Translations under genes and position numbers: made by a program
Part shown: piece by piece, positions 11,409 to 23,331 of the stretch
Numbering within the stretch: the stretch's first letter is position 1
Layout: every line of letters starts with the position of its first letter
NCBI GenBank assembly: GCA_963818215.1
Contig: CAWFRL010000001.1
Span: 163,151-227,150, forward strand
Length of the DNA: 64,000 nucleotides
Reading direction: 5' to 3'
Source of the DNA: Vicinamibacteria bacterium
GTDB taxonomy: Bacteria > Acidobacteriota > Vicinamibacteria > Vicinamibacterales > JAENWD01
The notes under the pieces: model-generated
Seen by the model: only the letters and a program-made list of their open reading frames with translations
Told to the model about the DNA's origin: nothing
Databases searched by the model: none

Positions 11409-12164
11409 ATTTCGCGCGCAACGCATCGCGTGGCGTTCTTCAACACCCCGATGTCGCTGCCCACCGCGACGTACTGAAAGCCCATCTCGAGGTACGCCCT
11501 GGCGTCGGCTTCGACAGGCGCGAGGATGCCGATGGGCGTGCCGATCGGCGCGGGCGCGACGGCACGCCTCGGTGATGAGCGCGCGCACCTCGGGATGCGC
11601 GTTGTTGCCAAGGTGCCCCAGGCTGGCGGCAAGATCCGACGGCCCGATGAACAGGCCGTCGACGCCTTCCACGCGCCCGATCTCTTCGAGCCGCGCCACG
11701 GCCTCGCCCGTCTCGAGCTGCACCAGCACGCAGATCTCGTCGTTGGCGCGCGCGTGGTAGTCCGCCGTGCGGCCGTACCGGTTGGCTCGGATCGTGGCCG
11801 CCACCCCGCGCGTGCCCGCCGGCGGATACCGCGCCGACGACACGGCGCGCCGCGCTTCCTCGGCGGTCTGCACGTACGGGACCAGCAGCGTCTGCGCGCC
11901 GGTGTCGAGCACGCGCTTGAGGATCACCGGGTCGTTCCACGCCGGGCGCACGATCGCGGGCGTGCCCGTCGGCTCGATCACCCGCAGCTGGTCGACGATC
12001 GTCGGCACCTCCAGCGGCGCATGTTCGCCGTCGATCAGCAGCCAGTCGAAGCCCGCGTCGGCCACGACTTCCGAGATCGCCGCGTGCCCCGACTGCGCCC
12101 ACAGCCCAATCAGCGTGCGGCCTGCCTTCAGCCCCTGCTTGAAACGGTTCGTCGGTATCTCCAT
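11401..12164 (-). CDS. HpcH/HpaI-family 2-keto-3-deoxy-acid aldolase, frame broken near 11570
   Basis: ATG 12164: [75 protein letters not shown]-terminus [15 protein letters not shown]...DALRAKFK from my own translation, stop at 11401-11403. Confidence 0.8.
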
Positions 12165-12175
12165 CCGTCCAGGTT

Positions 12176-12213
12176 CCTTCGCGCCTTCGCGCCTTCGCGC
12201 CCTCGTGATCGCC
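12176..12213. repeat. 8-nt tandem array, CGCCTTCG family, ending TCGTGATC
   Basis: ccttcgcgccttcgcgccttcgcgccctcgtgatcgcc, filling the dehydratase-aldolase gap. Confidence 0.85.
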
Positions 12214-12216
12214 GCG

Positions 12217-13938
12217 TCAGTGAATCTCCGGCTCCGGGATCTCTCCCCCGCCTGCAGGAAGTCGAAGTCGCAGCCCTGGTCCGCCTGCAGCACGTGCTGC
12301 GCGTGCAGCTTGCCGTAGCCGCGAGGGTACTGCACGGCCGGCGCCGTCCAGCCCACGCGCCGCTCGGCCAGCTCGGCCTCGCTCACGTTCAGCGTGAGCC
12401 GGCGCTCGGGGACGTTGAGCTCGATCAGATCGCCGTCGCGCACGAAGGCCAGCGGCCCGCCGACAAACGACTCGGGCGCCACGTGGAGCACGCACGTGCC
12501 GTACGCGGTGCCGCTCATCCGCGCATCCGAGATGCGGACCATGTCGCGAACGCCGGCCTGCAACAGCTTCTTCGGAATCGGCAGCATGCCCCACTCGGGC
12601 ATCCCCGGCCCGCCAAGCGGACCCGCGTGCTGCAGCACGAGCACCGAGTCGGCCGTCACCGGCAGGTCGGGATCGTCGATGCGCGCCGACAGGTCGTTGT
12701 AGTCGCGAAACACCACGGCCGGCCCCGTGTGCACCAGCAGCGACGGGGTCGCCGCCGTCTGCTTGATCACGGCGCCGCGCGGCGCCAGGTTCCCCCGCAG
12801 CACGGCGACACCGCCTTCGACCGACGCCGGGTTGCTCCGCACGCGAATGACCTCGTCGTTGGATATCACGCGCCTCGTCGAGGCCGTGCCCCAGGGTCTG
12901 GCCGCTCACGGTCGCGCACTCGAGGTGCAGCAGGTCGCGCAACCGGGCCATCAGCCCGCGCAGCCCGCCGGCGTAGTAGAAGTCTTCCATCAGGAATCGG
13001 CCCGACGGGCGGATGTCGCCGATGACCGGCGTCCGGCGCGACAGCGCATCGAACCGATCGAGATCCAGAGCGACGCCGGCGCGCCGCGCCATCGCAATCA
13101 GGTGGACGACCGCATTGGTCGAGCCGCCGATGGCCATGGTCACGGTCACCGCGTTGTCGAACGCGTCGGCCGTCATGATCGTCTTCGGCGTGACGTCGTC
13201 CCAGACCAGCTCGACGATCCGGCGGCCGGCCGCCGCCGCCATGCGCGGATGCGCGGAATCGGCCGCGGGAATCGACGAGGCGCCAGGCAGCGTCATCCCC
13301 AGCGCCTCGGCCGCGGCGGCCATCGTCGAGGCCGTGCCCATCGTCATGCACGTGCCATAGGAGCGCGCGATGCCGTCCTCCAGCTCGCGCCACGTGCAGT
13401 CGTCGATGGCGCCCGCGCGCTTCTCGGCCCAGTACTTCCAGACGTCGCTGCCGCTGCCCAGCGTCTGGCCCCGCCAATGGCCGCGGAGCATCGGCCCGGC
13501 GGGCACGAAGATCGCCGGCAGGTTCATCGAGGTCGCGCCCATCAGCATCGCGGGCACCGTCTTGTCGCACCCGCCGAGCATCACGACGCCGTCCACGGGA
13601 TTGGACCGCAGCAGCTCCTCGGTCTCCATCGCCAGCAGGTTGCGATAGAGCATCGTCGTCGGCTTCATGAACGTCTCGCCGAGCGAGACGGCCGGCACCT
13701 CGACCGGGAAGCCCCCGGCCTGCCACACGCCGCGCTTGACGTCGTCGGCGCGCTGGCGGAAATGCGCGTGGCAGGGATTGAGATCGCTCCAGGTGTTCAG
13801 GATGGCGATGACCGGTTTGCCTGCGTAGTCCTCGCTGGCAAACCCCATCTGCTTGGTGCGCGAGCGGTGGCCGAACGCGCGCAGGTCGTCGACGCCGAAC
13901 CAGCGATGGGAGCGAAGGTCTTCGGGGCGTTTACGCAT
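12217..13938 (-). CDS. IlvD/Edd-family sugar-acid dehydratase, frame broken near 12865 and 12245
   Basis: ATG 13938: MRKRPEDLRSHRWFG, KPVIAILNTWSDLNPCHAHF, MLGGCDKTVPAMLMGA, SYGTCMTMGTASTM, AIGGSTNAVVHLIAMA. The C-terminal domain continues in ORF 11274..12869. Confidence 0.85.
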   Translation of the reverse strand: MRKRPEDLRSHRWFGVDDLRAFGHRSRTKQMGFASEDYAGKPVIAILNTWSDLNPCHAHFRQRADDVKRGVWQAGGFPVEVPAVSLGETFMKPTTMLYRNLLAMETEELLRSNPVDGVVMLGGCDKTVPAMLMGATSMNLPAIFVPAGPMLRGHWRGQTLGSGSDVWKYWAEKRAGAIDDCTWRELEDGIARSYGTCMTMGTASTMAAAAEALGMTLPGASSIPAADSAHPRMAAAAGRRIVELVWDDVTPKTIMTADAFDNAVTVTMAIGGSTNAVVHLIAMARRAGVALDLDRFDALSRRTPVIGDIRPSGRFLMEDFYYAGGLRGLMARLRDLLHLECATVSGQTLGHGLDEARDIQRRGHSRAEQPGVGRRRCRRAAGEPGAARRRDQADGGDPVAAGAHGAGRGVSRLQRPVGAHRRSRPAGDGRLGARAAARGSAWRAGDARVGHAADSEEAVAGRRSRHGPHLGCADERHRVRHVRAPRGARVVCRRAAGLRARRRSDRAQRPRAPAHAERERGRAGRAARGLDGAGRAVPSRLRQAARAARAAGGPGLRLRLPAGGGEIPEPEIH

Positions 13939-14071
13939 TGCCGTTACCTCGGCCCGGTAGAATGAGCGGGCCGATGTCCGACACGCCGAAGGTGAAGATA
14001 CCTCAACCGGGCGCTCACAGGTCATTTGACTGGCTGGTGGCTGGCTGGCTATCTGGCCGTCGCGTCTCGTC

Positions 14072-16169
14072 TTGCTGTGGCCGTTGCCGCTCAGGCTGAC
14101 CACGCACATGATCGGCGACCCGTTCGGGGACCCGCTGCTGAACGCGTGGATTCTCGGCTGGGATGCCGAGCGCCTGCGGCACGGCCTGCAGGGGCTGTGG
14201 CAGGCGCCGCTGTTCTACCCGGCCCCCGACACCCTGGCGTGGTCCGAGCACTTGCTGGGCATCGCAGTCTTCGTCGCGCCGGTCTACTGGCTCACCGGCA
14301 ACATCGTGCTCGTCTACAACGTCGCGCTGCTCGGCTCGATCGTGCTGGCCGGCTTCGGGATGTACCTGCTTGCACGAGAGCTGACAGGCCGCCGCGACGC
14401 GGCATGGCTTGCAGGGCTGCTCTTTGCATGCCTGCCTTACCGCGTCGCACAGATCTGCCCATCTGCAGGTGCTCTACGCCGGCTGGATGCCGCTGGCGCT
14501 GCTCGGGCTGCACCGGTACTTCAGGACCGGCTCCTTGCGAGCGCTGGCTGGCTTTGTCGCCGCCTACGTCCTGACGGCCCTGTCCAACGGCTACTACCTC
14601 TTTTTCCTCGCCGTGCCAGTCGTCATCGTTGCCGGATGGCACCTCGCGATACGGACGTTCGCGTCGAAGCGGCGGCCGGACCGTCGCCGGCCAGCTCGCT
14701 CTGGCGGCCTTGGCCATCGTCCTGGCGCTGGCGCCGGTCATCAGCGTCGTATCTGCGCGTACGCGAGACGCAGGGCTTCGCGCAGAACACGCGGAGAGAT
14801 GATCCATTATTCGGCGACGCCAGCCGCCTATGGTTCTGTCGCCTCGACCGTAAAGCGTCTGGAACGGCTGGCTGCCCGAGCGGCGGCGGTGGAAGCGGCG
14901 TTGTTTCCTGGCCTGACACTGTCGCTGCTCGCGGCGCTTGGTGTCTGTGCCGGATGGCGGCGCGAAGACGTGCGACTCTACGGCCGTCGTGGCCGTTGGC
15001 GCGTTCGTCCTGACGCTGGGCCCGCGCCCCGACGTCGGTTTCGGGCGCATGGCGACCGGGCCTTATGACTGGCTGCTGGCAGTGCCCGGCCTGAACGGGC
15101 TTCGGGTGCCCGCGCGCCTGGCGATCGTCGTGTACCTGGGCCTGGCCGTGCGTTGCCGGCGTCGGCGGCCGCCTCGGCTGCTGTCGCAGCCATGCGGCCC
15201 GCGCTCGCCTTAGCGGCGCTCATCGCTGGCGTCGACCGCTGGCGGTTGGCGAGGGGCTGTCCACGCTCGGCGTGATGCGGTTTCCGACGACCGGGATGAG
15301 CGGTGAGCGCGATGCCTACCAGTGGCTGCGATCCACAACCCCGCGGCCCGATGCTCGAACTGCCCGTCGGCGCACACGCAGGAGGCTACGCGCTATCTTA
15401 CCGGCGACGCTCATCCACGGCAACCGCATCGTCAACGGGTACAGCGGCTACGGGTGGGCGCTGCAGGACGTGTTCGGCGGGCCGGCCAGTGCAGATGAGC
15501 CGGAGCAGGCCGACGAGCTGTTGCGCGCGGCGCGCGTCGCTGGGCTTGCGATACGTGCTCGATTCACCGCGCAACTGTTTCGGCGACGAGGCGGATTCGC
15601 GGCGCGCCTGGATCGCGCCTTTCGTGGCAGATCGCGAACAGGTCGAGCGCGTCGTGGAGATCGGCACGACGTCGGTCGTCGTGCTCCGGCCGTTGCCATT
15701 GAACTCATTCAGTGCCGTCAGTCGACCCCACGCTTGCTCGCTCAGTCGATGCAGCCTGTCCGGCGTCGCACAACGCTGGAGCCGTCGGCCGCGCAATCGA
15801 CGGCGACATCGGCAGCCGGTGGCTGATCGGGACGGCCACAGACTGGCGAAACGAGTGGCTGGCCGTGCGCTGCCCTGACACGCCGCGTGCTGACGAGCGT
15901 CGAACTGCTGGTGAACCGGCGCAGCTACAGCGATTACCCGCGGCGCCTGGCCATCGACGTCTCCGCCGACGGCGTCTCGTTCAAGCCGCTCTGGGAGGGC
16001 GCGCGTGGTGGCGGAGCTCGCGGTGAGCCTCGCCCGCAGCGACCGCCCCACGCGATCCGCATCGCCGTGCCGCCGGCGCCGTTCCGCGCCGTGCGCCTCA
16101 GGCAAACGGGCCAGACACCGCGGCGACTGGTTCTGGTCAATCGACGAACTGCAGCTTCGTGGACGCTGA
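14072..16169 (+). CDS. large polytopic membrane protein (glycosyltransferase-C-like N-terminal region) with C-terminal F5/8 type C (discoidin) domain, at least 5 frame breaks
   Basis: N-terminal LWPLPLRLTTHMIGDPFGDPLLNAWILGWD and multiple TM segments (ORFs 14072.., 14409.., 14938..). Middle NGYSGYGWALQDVFGG. C-terminal AIDGDIGSRWL, RRLAIDVSADGVSFKPLW, and FWSIDELQLRGR from my own translation, stop 16167-16169. Confidence 0.5.
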
Positions 16170-16172
16170 CCC

Positions 16173-16607
16173 TCACTTGATGGCCGAGTAGTCCGTCGCC
16201 TTCAAGAACACCGAGTCCACCTTCTCGACCAGCTTGCCGTTCTTTTCGGACTCGTTGCGTGCAGCGGTCCAGGCGGCGTCGTTTCTGAACCCGTCCCACG
16301 ACTTGGTGCGCGCCTCGAGGCTCGGGTACGCCAGGATGTACACCAGCGTGTTGCCCGAGGGCTGCCCGGTCTTTTCGTCCACCGGCACCCAGTAGCCGAC
16401 GTTGGTCATGCCGTGCTTCTCGAACAGCTTCACGGTGTGATTGCGGAAGCGGGCCTGCAGGTCCTCGAGCTTTCCCGGCGCCGCGTAGTACGTCCGCATC
16501 TCGAACACCCGCGAGTCCTTCGCCACCGAGTTGCCTCCCGATTGGGCCATCACCGACGCGGCCACCACACCGCCAATCGCCAACGCACAAGCCGCAAGTC
16601 TCATCAT
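16173..16607 (-). CDS. NIPSNAP-family protein with signal peptide
   Basis: [21 protein letters not shown] then [42 protein letters not shown]. Intact frame. Confidence 0.7.
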   Translation of the reverse strand: MMRLAACALAIGGVVAASVMAQSGGNSVAKDSRVFEMRTYYAAPGKLEDLQARFRNHTVKLFEKHGMTNVGYWVPVDEKTGQPSGNTLVYILAYPSLEARTKSWDGFRNDAAWTAARNESEKNGKLVEKVDSVFLKATDYSAIK

Positions 16608-16673
16608 CGCTCCTTGTCTCAACCTGACCGAACTGCAAGTTCGGCCCGCGTACCGTTGTGCGCACGGTCGCTC

Positions 16674-16703
16674 GCGCCGTCGTGCCGTCGCGCCGTCGTG
16701 CAG
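16674..16703. repeat. 8-nt tandem array, GCCGTCGT family
   Basis: gcgccgtcgtgccgtcgcgccgtcgtgcag, between the GH2 stop and the NIPSNAP start. Confidence 0.75.
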
Positions 16704-16712
16704 TTGTCGGCA

Positions 16713-19513
16713 TCATCTCCGCGCCAGCTCGCTGGCCGGCGCGCACTTGTCGCTCCGCACGTACTCCACCAACCGATGCACCAGGTGGGTGACAAACGGG
16801 TCCTTCCCGTAGGACGCCGTGTCGAACGTCGTGAAGACGACCTTGCCCTTCCCTGCCTTGTACTGCACCGTCGTGGCGTGATTCTGATTGAGCCAACCGT
16901 AGAACACCCCCGACAGCACGTCGCCCTGCCGCCACGCGTCTGCGGCGACGCCGTCGATGAGCGTGCGCGGCGTCGCGGCCGCCGCTTCAAAGCCGGTCAC
17001 CCGCGTCAGGCCAAGCCCGGCAAACAGGGGGCTGCCGGTGTGCAGCCAGGTGAAGTTGGTCACCCAGTTGCCGTCCAGTTCGCCGCGGCGTTCGACGATG
17101 TTCAGGCCCGGCGCCTCGACCACGCCGAACAGCACCTTCGACGCGACGACGACGGCCGTGCCGCCAGCCTCGACGTGCGCTCGCACCTCGGCGTCGAACA
17201 CCGACGAGACAACCGTCGCACCTGGCGCCGGCGCCGCGGCCTTCCACGGCAGGTGGCCGAGCAGCGCGTTGGGATCGTGGAGCACGACGCCGTCCGGCGC
17301 GGCCGACGCCGCCGGGTACACGAACAGGTCGTGCGTGTTGCGCGCGAGGACGGAGCCGTCGGCGGCCTTCAACTCGAGCGTGACCTGCTCCAGCGTCGCG
17401 CGATCCACTTTCGGCGCCGTCAGTTGACCACCGCGAGCGAGTTCCTCCACCGCCGCCGCGCGCCACGGCTTGCACGACCGGCAGCTCGCCCTTCTGCCCG
17501 GAGGTCGTCGTCCACTTGATCGAGCCGCCGTGCGCGTCCTTGGCGCTGTAGCGCGACATCTGCACGTCGAGCTCGATCGTCGTCACCCGACACGACGTTG
17601 CGCGCCGGCGTCGACGGCAGCAGCACGTCCTCCTGCTGGATGGCCGCCAGGCGTTCCGCATAGATCTTCGGCCGCCGCCACATGTCCATCAGGCCGTTGA
17701 CTTCCCAGTTGATGTCGGTGAACTCCGTGATGACGTAGCCCTGAATCGAGCGCGTGCCGGCGCATCGACTCGATCTCGTGCTTCAGGCTGTAGAACTGCC
17801 GCCACTGCGTCTCGCGCGCCAGCGTCGGGTAGTCGTCGAAGACGCGGTCGAAGCCAAGCGCCGTGGAACCGGTCGAACAGGCCCGCCGGCCGCGTGATGG
17901 CGCGGCCGTCGAAGTCGCGCGCGAACCACCAGGGCAGCTCGGCCGGCAGCTCCGGCAGGCCCCAGTTGCCGAACTCCGACACGACCAGCGGCTCCTGCCT
18001 GGTGCGAACGGCGTCGCCGTGCGCGCTGAACGCCCACGCCGGACGCGACGCGAAGTCGGCGACCCACTTGTCCCAGCGATCGGCGTTGTCGGGAATCGAG
18101 TGGTCCTGGTGGTAGTCGTCGATGTCGGTCTTCAGGTGGAAGTTCTCGCAGCACGGGCTGTTGTCCACCAGCAGCCGCCCCAGCGGCTGCAGCCTGGGCC
18201 GCGCCTCCTCGAACCACTTCAGCAGGCCCGGCCCGCTGGTCGGCCTGCTTCATGTCGATGCCCCACGCTTCGTTGATCAGCGTCTGGATGACGATCGACG
18301 GCCGGTTCCAGTCGCGCTGCGTCATGGCGTCGAAGATCGCCTTGCCGCGCGCGACCGACTGCAGGGGTCCACCGCTCCCAGCTTGGCACTTCGTACCACA
18401 CCAGCATGCCCACTTCGTCGGCGGCGGCCAGGTAGTCCGGGTCGCAGACCTTGATGTGGCACCGCAGCACGTTCAGGCCGAGCGCGCGGCCCTTCTGCAT
18501 CATGTCGACCAGGTACGCCTTGCCCGGCGTGCTGTAGATGGTGTCGGGATAGAAGTCCTGGTCGAGCGCTCCGATCATGTAGAACGGCTCGCCGTTGAGG
18601 AAGAACCGGCCGTCGCGCGCGACGAACTCGCGGAAGCCGAAGCGGTCCGTCACCCGATCGCGAGACCGAGCCGGAGAGTGACGCCTCGACGGTATAGAGC
18701 GTCGGGCTGGCCGGCGACCAGAGCTTCGGCGTCGGCACCGTGCCCGTGACGCGTGACCACTCCCGGCGCCGGTCACCGTGGCCGCGGGCAGACTGGCGAC
18801 AACCGCCCCCTGGGCGTCGCGCACGTCGACCTTCAGCGCACGCGCCGCGCTTGGGCGCCGTGCCGACGATGTCGGCGTCGACGTCGATGGCGCCCGACAC
18901 CTTCGACGAGACGCGGACCGCGTCGATGTAGAGCGCCGGGCGGACGTCGAGCCACACGGGCTGCCACAAGCCGCCGTTCTGGATGTACCAGTTCTGCTTG
19001 CCCCTGCGGCAGCTCGTCGTAGTTGAACTGCGGAAACCGCGGGTCGCGGCCGCGGCCCGCCGCCGGCGGGTCGATGACACGGACGACCAGCTCGTTGGTC
19101 CCGGGCTTGACGCGGCTCTGTGACGTCGAGCGTGAAGGGCGTGTACGCGCCCTCGTGACTGCCTGCGGCCTCGCCGTTGACGAACACCTCGGCCTGGTAG
19201 TCGACGGCGCCAAAGCGCAGCAGCACGCGCTGCGGCCGCCTTCGATGCCGCCACGGTGAAGCGCGTGCGATACCAGGCGACGCCGACGTAGTCCCGCAAG
19301 TCCGCAAACTGCGCGTTCCACGACACGCCGACTCTTGCCGGACGCCAACCACCGGCAGGCAGCGACGCGACCTGGAGTGTCGCGCCCGGGTCCGTGATCA
19401 GCTCCCAGCCCGCGTCGAGACGAACGGGTTCGGCCTCGAGCGCAGGCGGAAATGCCGCCAGCGACGGAGAGCACGATCGACACACGGGCAACCAGGGAAG
19501 CGATGTCGGGCAT
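16713..19513 (-). CDS. glycoside hydrolase family 2 enzyme, at least 6 frame breaks
   Basis: Signal MPDIASLVARVSIVLSVAG (start 19513). Sugar-binding domain YVGVAWYRTRFTV. Catalytic region FFLNGEPFYMIGALDQDFYPD, LGLNVLRCHIKVCDPDYLAAADEVGMLVWYEVPSW, IVIQTLINEAWG. C-terminal domains in ORFs 17689.., 16987.. and 16713..17450. Confidence 0.75.
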
Positions 19514-19598
19514 GGCGTCTCTCTGAAGTATGGAGTGCCGGAACTGAAGTCTCGAGCGCTCGGAGACCGAAGGTTCCGGCCTCGTTCGTCACTGGCTG

Positions 19599-21975
19599 CT
19601 ATCGCCGCGTCTGCCGTCCGACGATGCGGATCCTGATCGGCACCGAACTGTGATCCGAGGCAGTGCCGCCGTTGGTCTCTACGCGCGCCGTGACGTACAG
19701 CGTCTGTTCAGCCGGCTCCGCGCGTTCGTCGGCGACGATCTCGAAGCTGCGGCTGGTCTGCTCCTCCGTGATCAGGATGCCGTTGAGGCCGATGTCGGGC
19801 ACCGTGATCCGGAACGGCAGGTTGTTCACCGACAGCGGCACGCGCCCGGCAAAGCCGTTGGCGCGCGCGATCGTGGCCGTCACCTTCGCGCGTGCCGCCT
19901 GGCGTCAGTTCCACCACGTCCGGCGTCACCGACACCACGCGGACATCCGGAGGCAGTCCGGTCGCGATCACGCTCACCTTCTCGTCGGCGCGGGCCTCGC
20001 GTTCGACAGGGCGGCCATCGAGGGTGGCCGCTCCGACAACGCGCAGCGGCGTCACCAGCGAAGACGCCTCGGCGTCGGCGCCGAGCGTCAGGGCGACCGA
20101 GGACTCGCCCGGCAGGATCCGGCCCGTGGTGCCCGTCAGCCCGCCCGGCAGATCCCGGAACGCGACGTCGATCGGCCCGCTGAAGCCGTCGCGGCGCAAC
20201 GCAAACACGGTCACCGGCACGCGTCCGCCGCGCGGCACGTTGGGGTTCGTGGGCGTGACAAACAGGTCGTAGTCCGGCTCGGGCGCCGCGACCGTGAGTC
20301 GATAGGCGTGGTGAGCGCCAGCCGGTGTTGCGCGCGTCGGTCAGGCGGATGAAGTAGGTGCCCGCGGCCGGCGCGGTGAAGGTCACGCGCGAGTCCTTGC
20401 CGTACAGCGGCCCGCCGTCGTCGTTGCGGTACACGAGGTCGAAGGTCGGCAGCCCCGAGGGCGAGACGGTCGCGCCGGGCGGATGCAACTCCACCTTGTA
20501 GACCGGCCGCATCAAGCGCGTGCCCTTCCGGCGTGGTCTCTTCAAACCCCAGGCGCCGGCCGCGGAAGCTGACAAACGACACGTCCTCGTCCGGGCCCTT
20601 GGGCAGTTCCTGGACGCGGATCAGCTCGCGGTCCACATACACGTAGTCGCCCCGCCCAAGCTCGTCCCAGGTGAGCAGGCGCAGACCGGGATCCATCGAG
20701 CCGCGACTGCGCAAGTCGATGGTCGTCTCCCACACGGCGCGCAACCGCGCGCGCGGCACCGGCTGGCCCTTGGCGTCGAGCACTTCCAGCAGCGAGTCGA
20801 GCGACGATCCCAGCCGCTGCGCGGCGACCTGCGCCACCAGCGTCTGGCCCTTTCGCATCGTGACGCGGAACAGATCCGGGTCCGGCGCGCCGGGACTCGA
20901 CGACTGGATTCGGCCGTTCACGGTCACAGGCGCCAGCAGCGGTTGTGCCGTCGCCAGCGTGTTGTTGCCTTCGCGCTCGCGCACCTCGCCGGTACTTGCC
21001 GACGGCCACTTCCAGGCGTGTGACCGGGTCGCGATCGAGGCCCGACACTACGACGGGCGCCAGGTTCGGCCTGTCGGCCACAGGAGCGCCGAGGCGCGCG
21101 CGGGTCGTCGCCTTCAGATTCACGCCTTCAACGGTCACGACACCCGGAGGGCTCGCAGGACGGCCCAGAGGAAACGCGGAGGTCACCACGGGCACGACCC
21201 CGAGCGTCAGGCGGTAGTGGTGCCTGCCGCCGCTGGGATTGGCGTCGGTCACGCGCACCAGCACGTCGCCGTCGGCGGCCGGTCGATACACGGCCAGCGA
21301 GTCGCGCGTGGGGCCGAAGTCGTCGTTGGCGGCGAGCGTCGCGCCGTCGAGTCCGAGGAACGTCACGACCGTGTCGACGTTGGATCCGATCGGCGTGGCG
21401 GTGATCTTGGCGACCAGATCCTCGCCGGCCCGCGCGTGCACGCGAAACACGTCCACGTCCTCGAGCGCGCCGAGCCAGCCGTTGACGGTCACCGGCGAGG
21501 TCACCGCCGTCGCGTCTGCCGGCTCGTCGTTGGGCTCCTGCTCGGAGGTCTCCTGATCCTCGCCAACCCACAACGCGACAAACGACGTCGTCCCGAGCGG
21601 CGTGCGCACGCGGAACCCGTGACGTCCGAGGGGGACGCCCGCCGCGGCAGTGATGGAGAGCGTGAGGCGGCCCTTCTGCGCGCGATCCTGGATGATGGCG
21701 CCGGTCTCGCCGGTCTGGCGCACGCGGATGTCGGCGCCAAGGTCCTCGTACTCGACGATCTCAGCCGACAACCCGGGGTCGGTGAAGATCACCTGGTCGG
21801 CGCCCATCAGGTTCGCGCCGTCGGCGGTGAAAGTTGCGGTGGTGCCCCTTTGAATGCCGTACGGCGTGAGGCTCGTCAGCGCCGCCGGCCGTGTCTGCGT
21901 CTCCGCAGGCACTGGAACCAGCCCGGCGAGTGTCGCCATCGCAGCGAGAACAACCCGGCGTGTCGCTGTCATCAT
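19599..21975 (-). CDS. large secreted protein with repeated pre-peptidase C-terminal (PPC)-type domains, at least 4 frame breaks
   Basis: ATGATG 21975 overlaps the upstream stop. Signal MMTATRRVVLAAMATLAGLV. Two EPND/NN-type PPC signatures (EQEPNDEPADATAVTSPVTVNGWLGALEDVDVFRV; GNNTLATAQPLLAPVTVNGRIQSSSPGAPDPDLFRV). Pieces from ORFs 20542.., 20211.., 19880.., 19708.. and 19599... Confidence 0.6.
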
Positions 21976-23328
21976 CGTCGTGCCACCTTGTCGCTGGCGA
22001 AGGGTTCGAGCACGGACCGGCCCGACATCGTATCGTAGATGCTGACGCTGCCGTCGTAGCGGCCCACGGCCAGCTGCCGGCCGTCCGGACTGAACGCGAG
22101 CGCCTGCGCCCAGTCGCTCTGGGCCGACAGCACCCGGAGCTGCTGGCCGGTTTCGGCGTCCCACAGCTTCACGTCCCTGTCGGTGCCCGTCGAGGCCAGC
22201 GTGCGGCCATCGGCGCTGAACGCGACACGCAGGACCGCGGAACGATGTGCCGGCGCGCTGCGAATCGACCGCGCCGAGCTGTCGCCGACCTCCCAGACGC
22301 GGATGCGCTTGTCTTGTCCCCCGGCAGCCAGCTGTCGCGTGCCTGGCCGAAACGCCAGCGTCAGGACGGCATCAGTCGGCTCGGTGATCGTGTAGAGGCG
22401 CACGCCGTCGTCTACCTTCCAGATCTTCACGGACCGATCAGCGGCGGCCGAGGCCAGCAGCGTTCCGTCGCCGCTGAACGCGACGGCGTACACGGCCTCG
22501 GTGTGCTCCTTGAGCACGCCGACGACCTTGCCGCTGACCGCGTCCCAGACCCGAATGACTTTGTCGTAGCCGCAGCTGGCCAGTCGCGTGCCATCGTGGT
22601 TGAACGCCAGGTGGTAGACGTAGTCGCGATGGCCCTCCAGCCGCGCGCGCTCGGCGCCGGTCGCCGCGTCAAACAACACGATCTCTCCGAACGCGCCGGG
22701 CGTGCCGCCGCCGACCGCTACAACCGAGCCGTCCGGGCTCCACGCGACGGCGCGTACGAGATCGGACAAGCCCGTCAGCGGCGAGACGCCGGCGCCGCCA
22801 GGCATCGCCAGCCGATGCACCTGCTTGTAGCCGGCGACCGCGAGTTGCTGGCCGTCGGGCCGCCAGGCCAGTGAGGTCACCTGCGGCGACACTTGCGCGG
22901 TCTGCGCGAGCGCCGGCACCTTCTCGTCGATCGAAGGGCGCGCGGCCCTGGAGTACGGCGCGCCGGCGGCCACCCACGCGCGCAGCACCGCGATCTCGTC
23001 GGGCTGCAGGTCCTTCTTCGGCGGCATCTTCGGCTTCGCGCGGCTCTCGATCTGCAGGATGAGCGGGCTCTCGTCGGGCTTGCCCGGCACCAGCGGCGAC
23101 CCCGAATCGCCGCCGCGCATCAGATCTTCGTAGCTTTCGAGAAGGAGGCCGCCTTCCACTTTCGCGGAGTTGTGGCAGCGCAGGCAGTTGCTCTCGAGAA
23201 TCGGCACGACGTCGCGCGCGAAGTCCGGCGCTGCCGCCGTCGTTGCCGGCGGCAGGCGGCTGCGCCGACACGGCCGCGACCAGGCCGGCGGCTCCGACAA
23301 GCGAGATGGCAACGCGGCGCACGGTCAC
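21972..23328 (-). CDS. PSCyt1 (planctomycete cytochrome c) domain fused to WD40 repeats, frame broken near 23240
   Basis: GTG 23328 gives signal MTVRRVAISLVGAAGLVAAVSA. Then FARDVVPILESNCLRCHN (CxxCH) and WD40 units (GHRDYVYHLAFNHDGTRLASCGYDKVIRVWD, EHTEAVYAVAFSGDGTLLASAAADRSVKIWK and others). Confidence 0.8.
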
Positions 23329-23331
23329 CGA

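Noticed and set aside
13951-13976. Hairpin CGGCCCG-(10 nt containing TAGAAT)-CGGGCCG in the dehydratase / membrane-protein divergent region as a promoter or riboswitch piece
   Set aside because: No acceptable -35 box lies at 16-19 nt from the TAGAAT, and the region (133 nt) is too short and featureless for a known riboswitch class.
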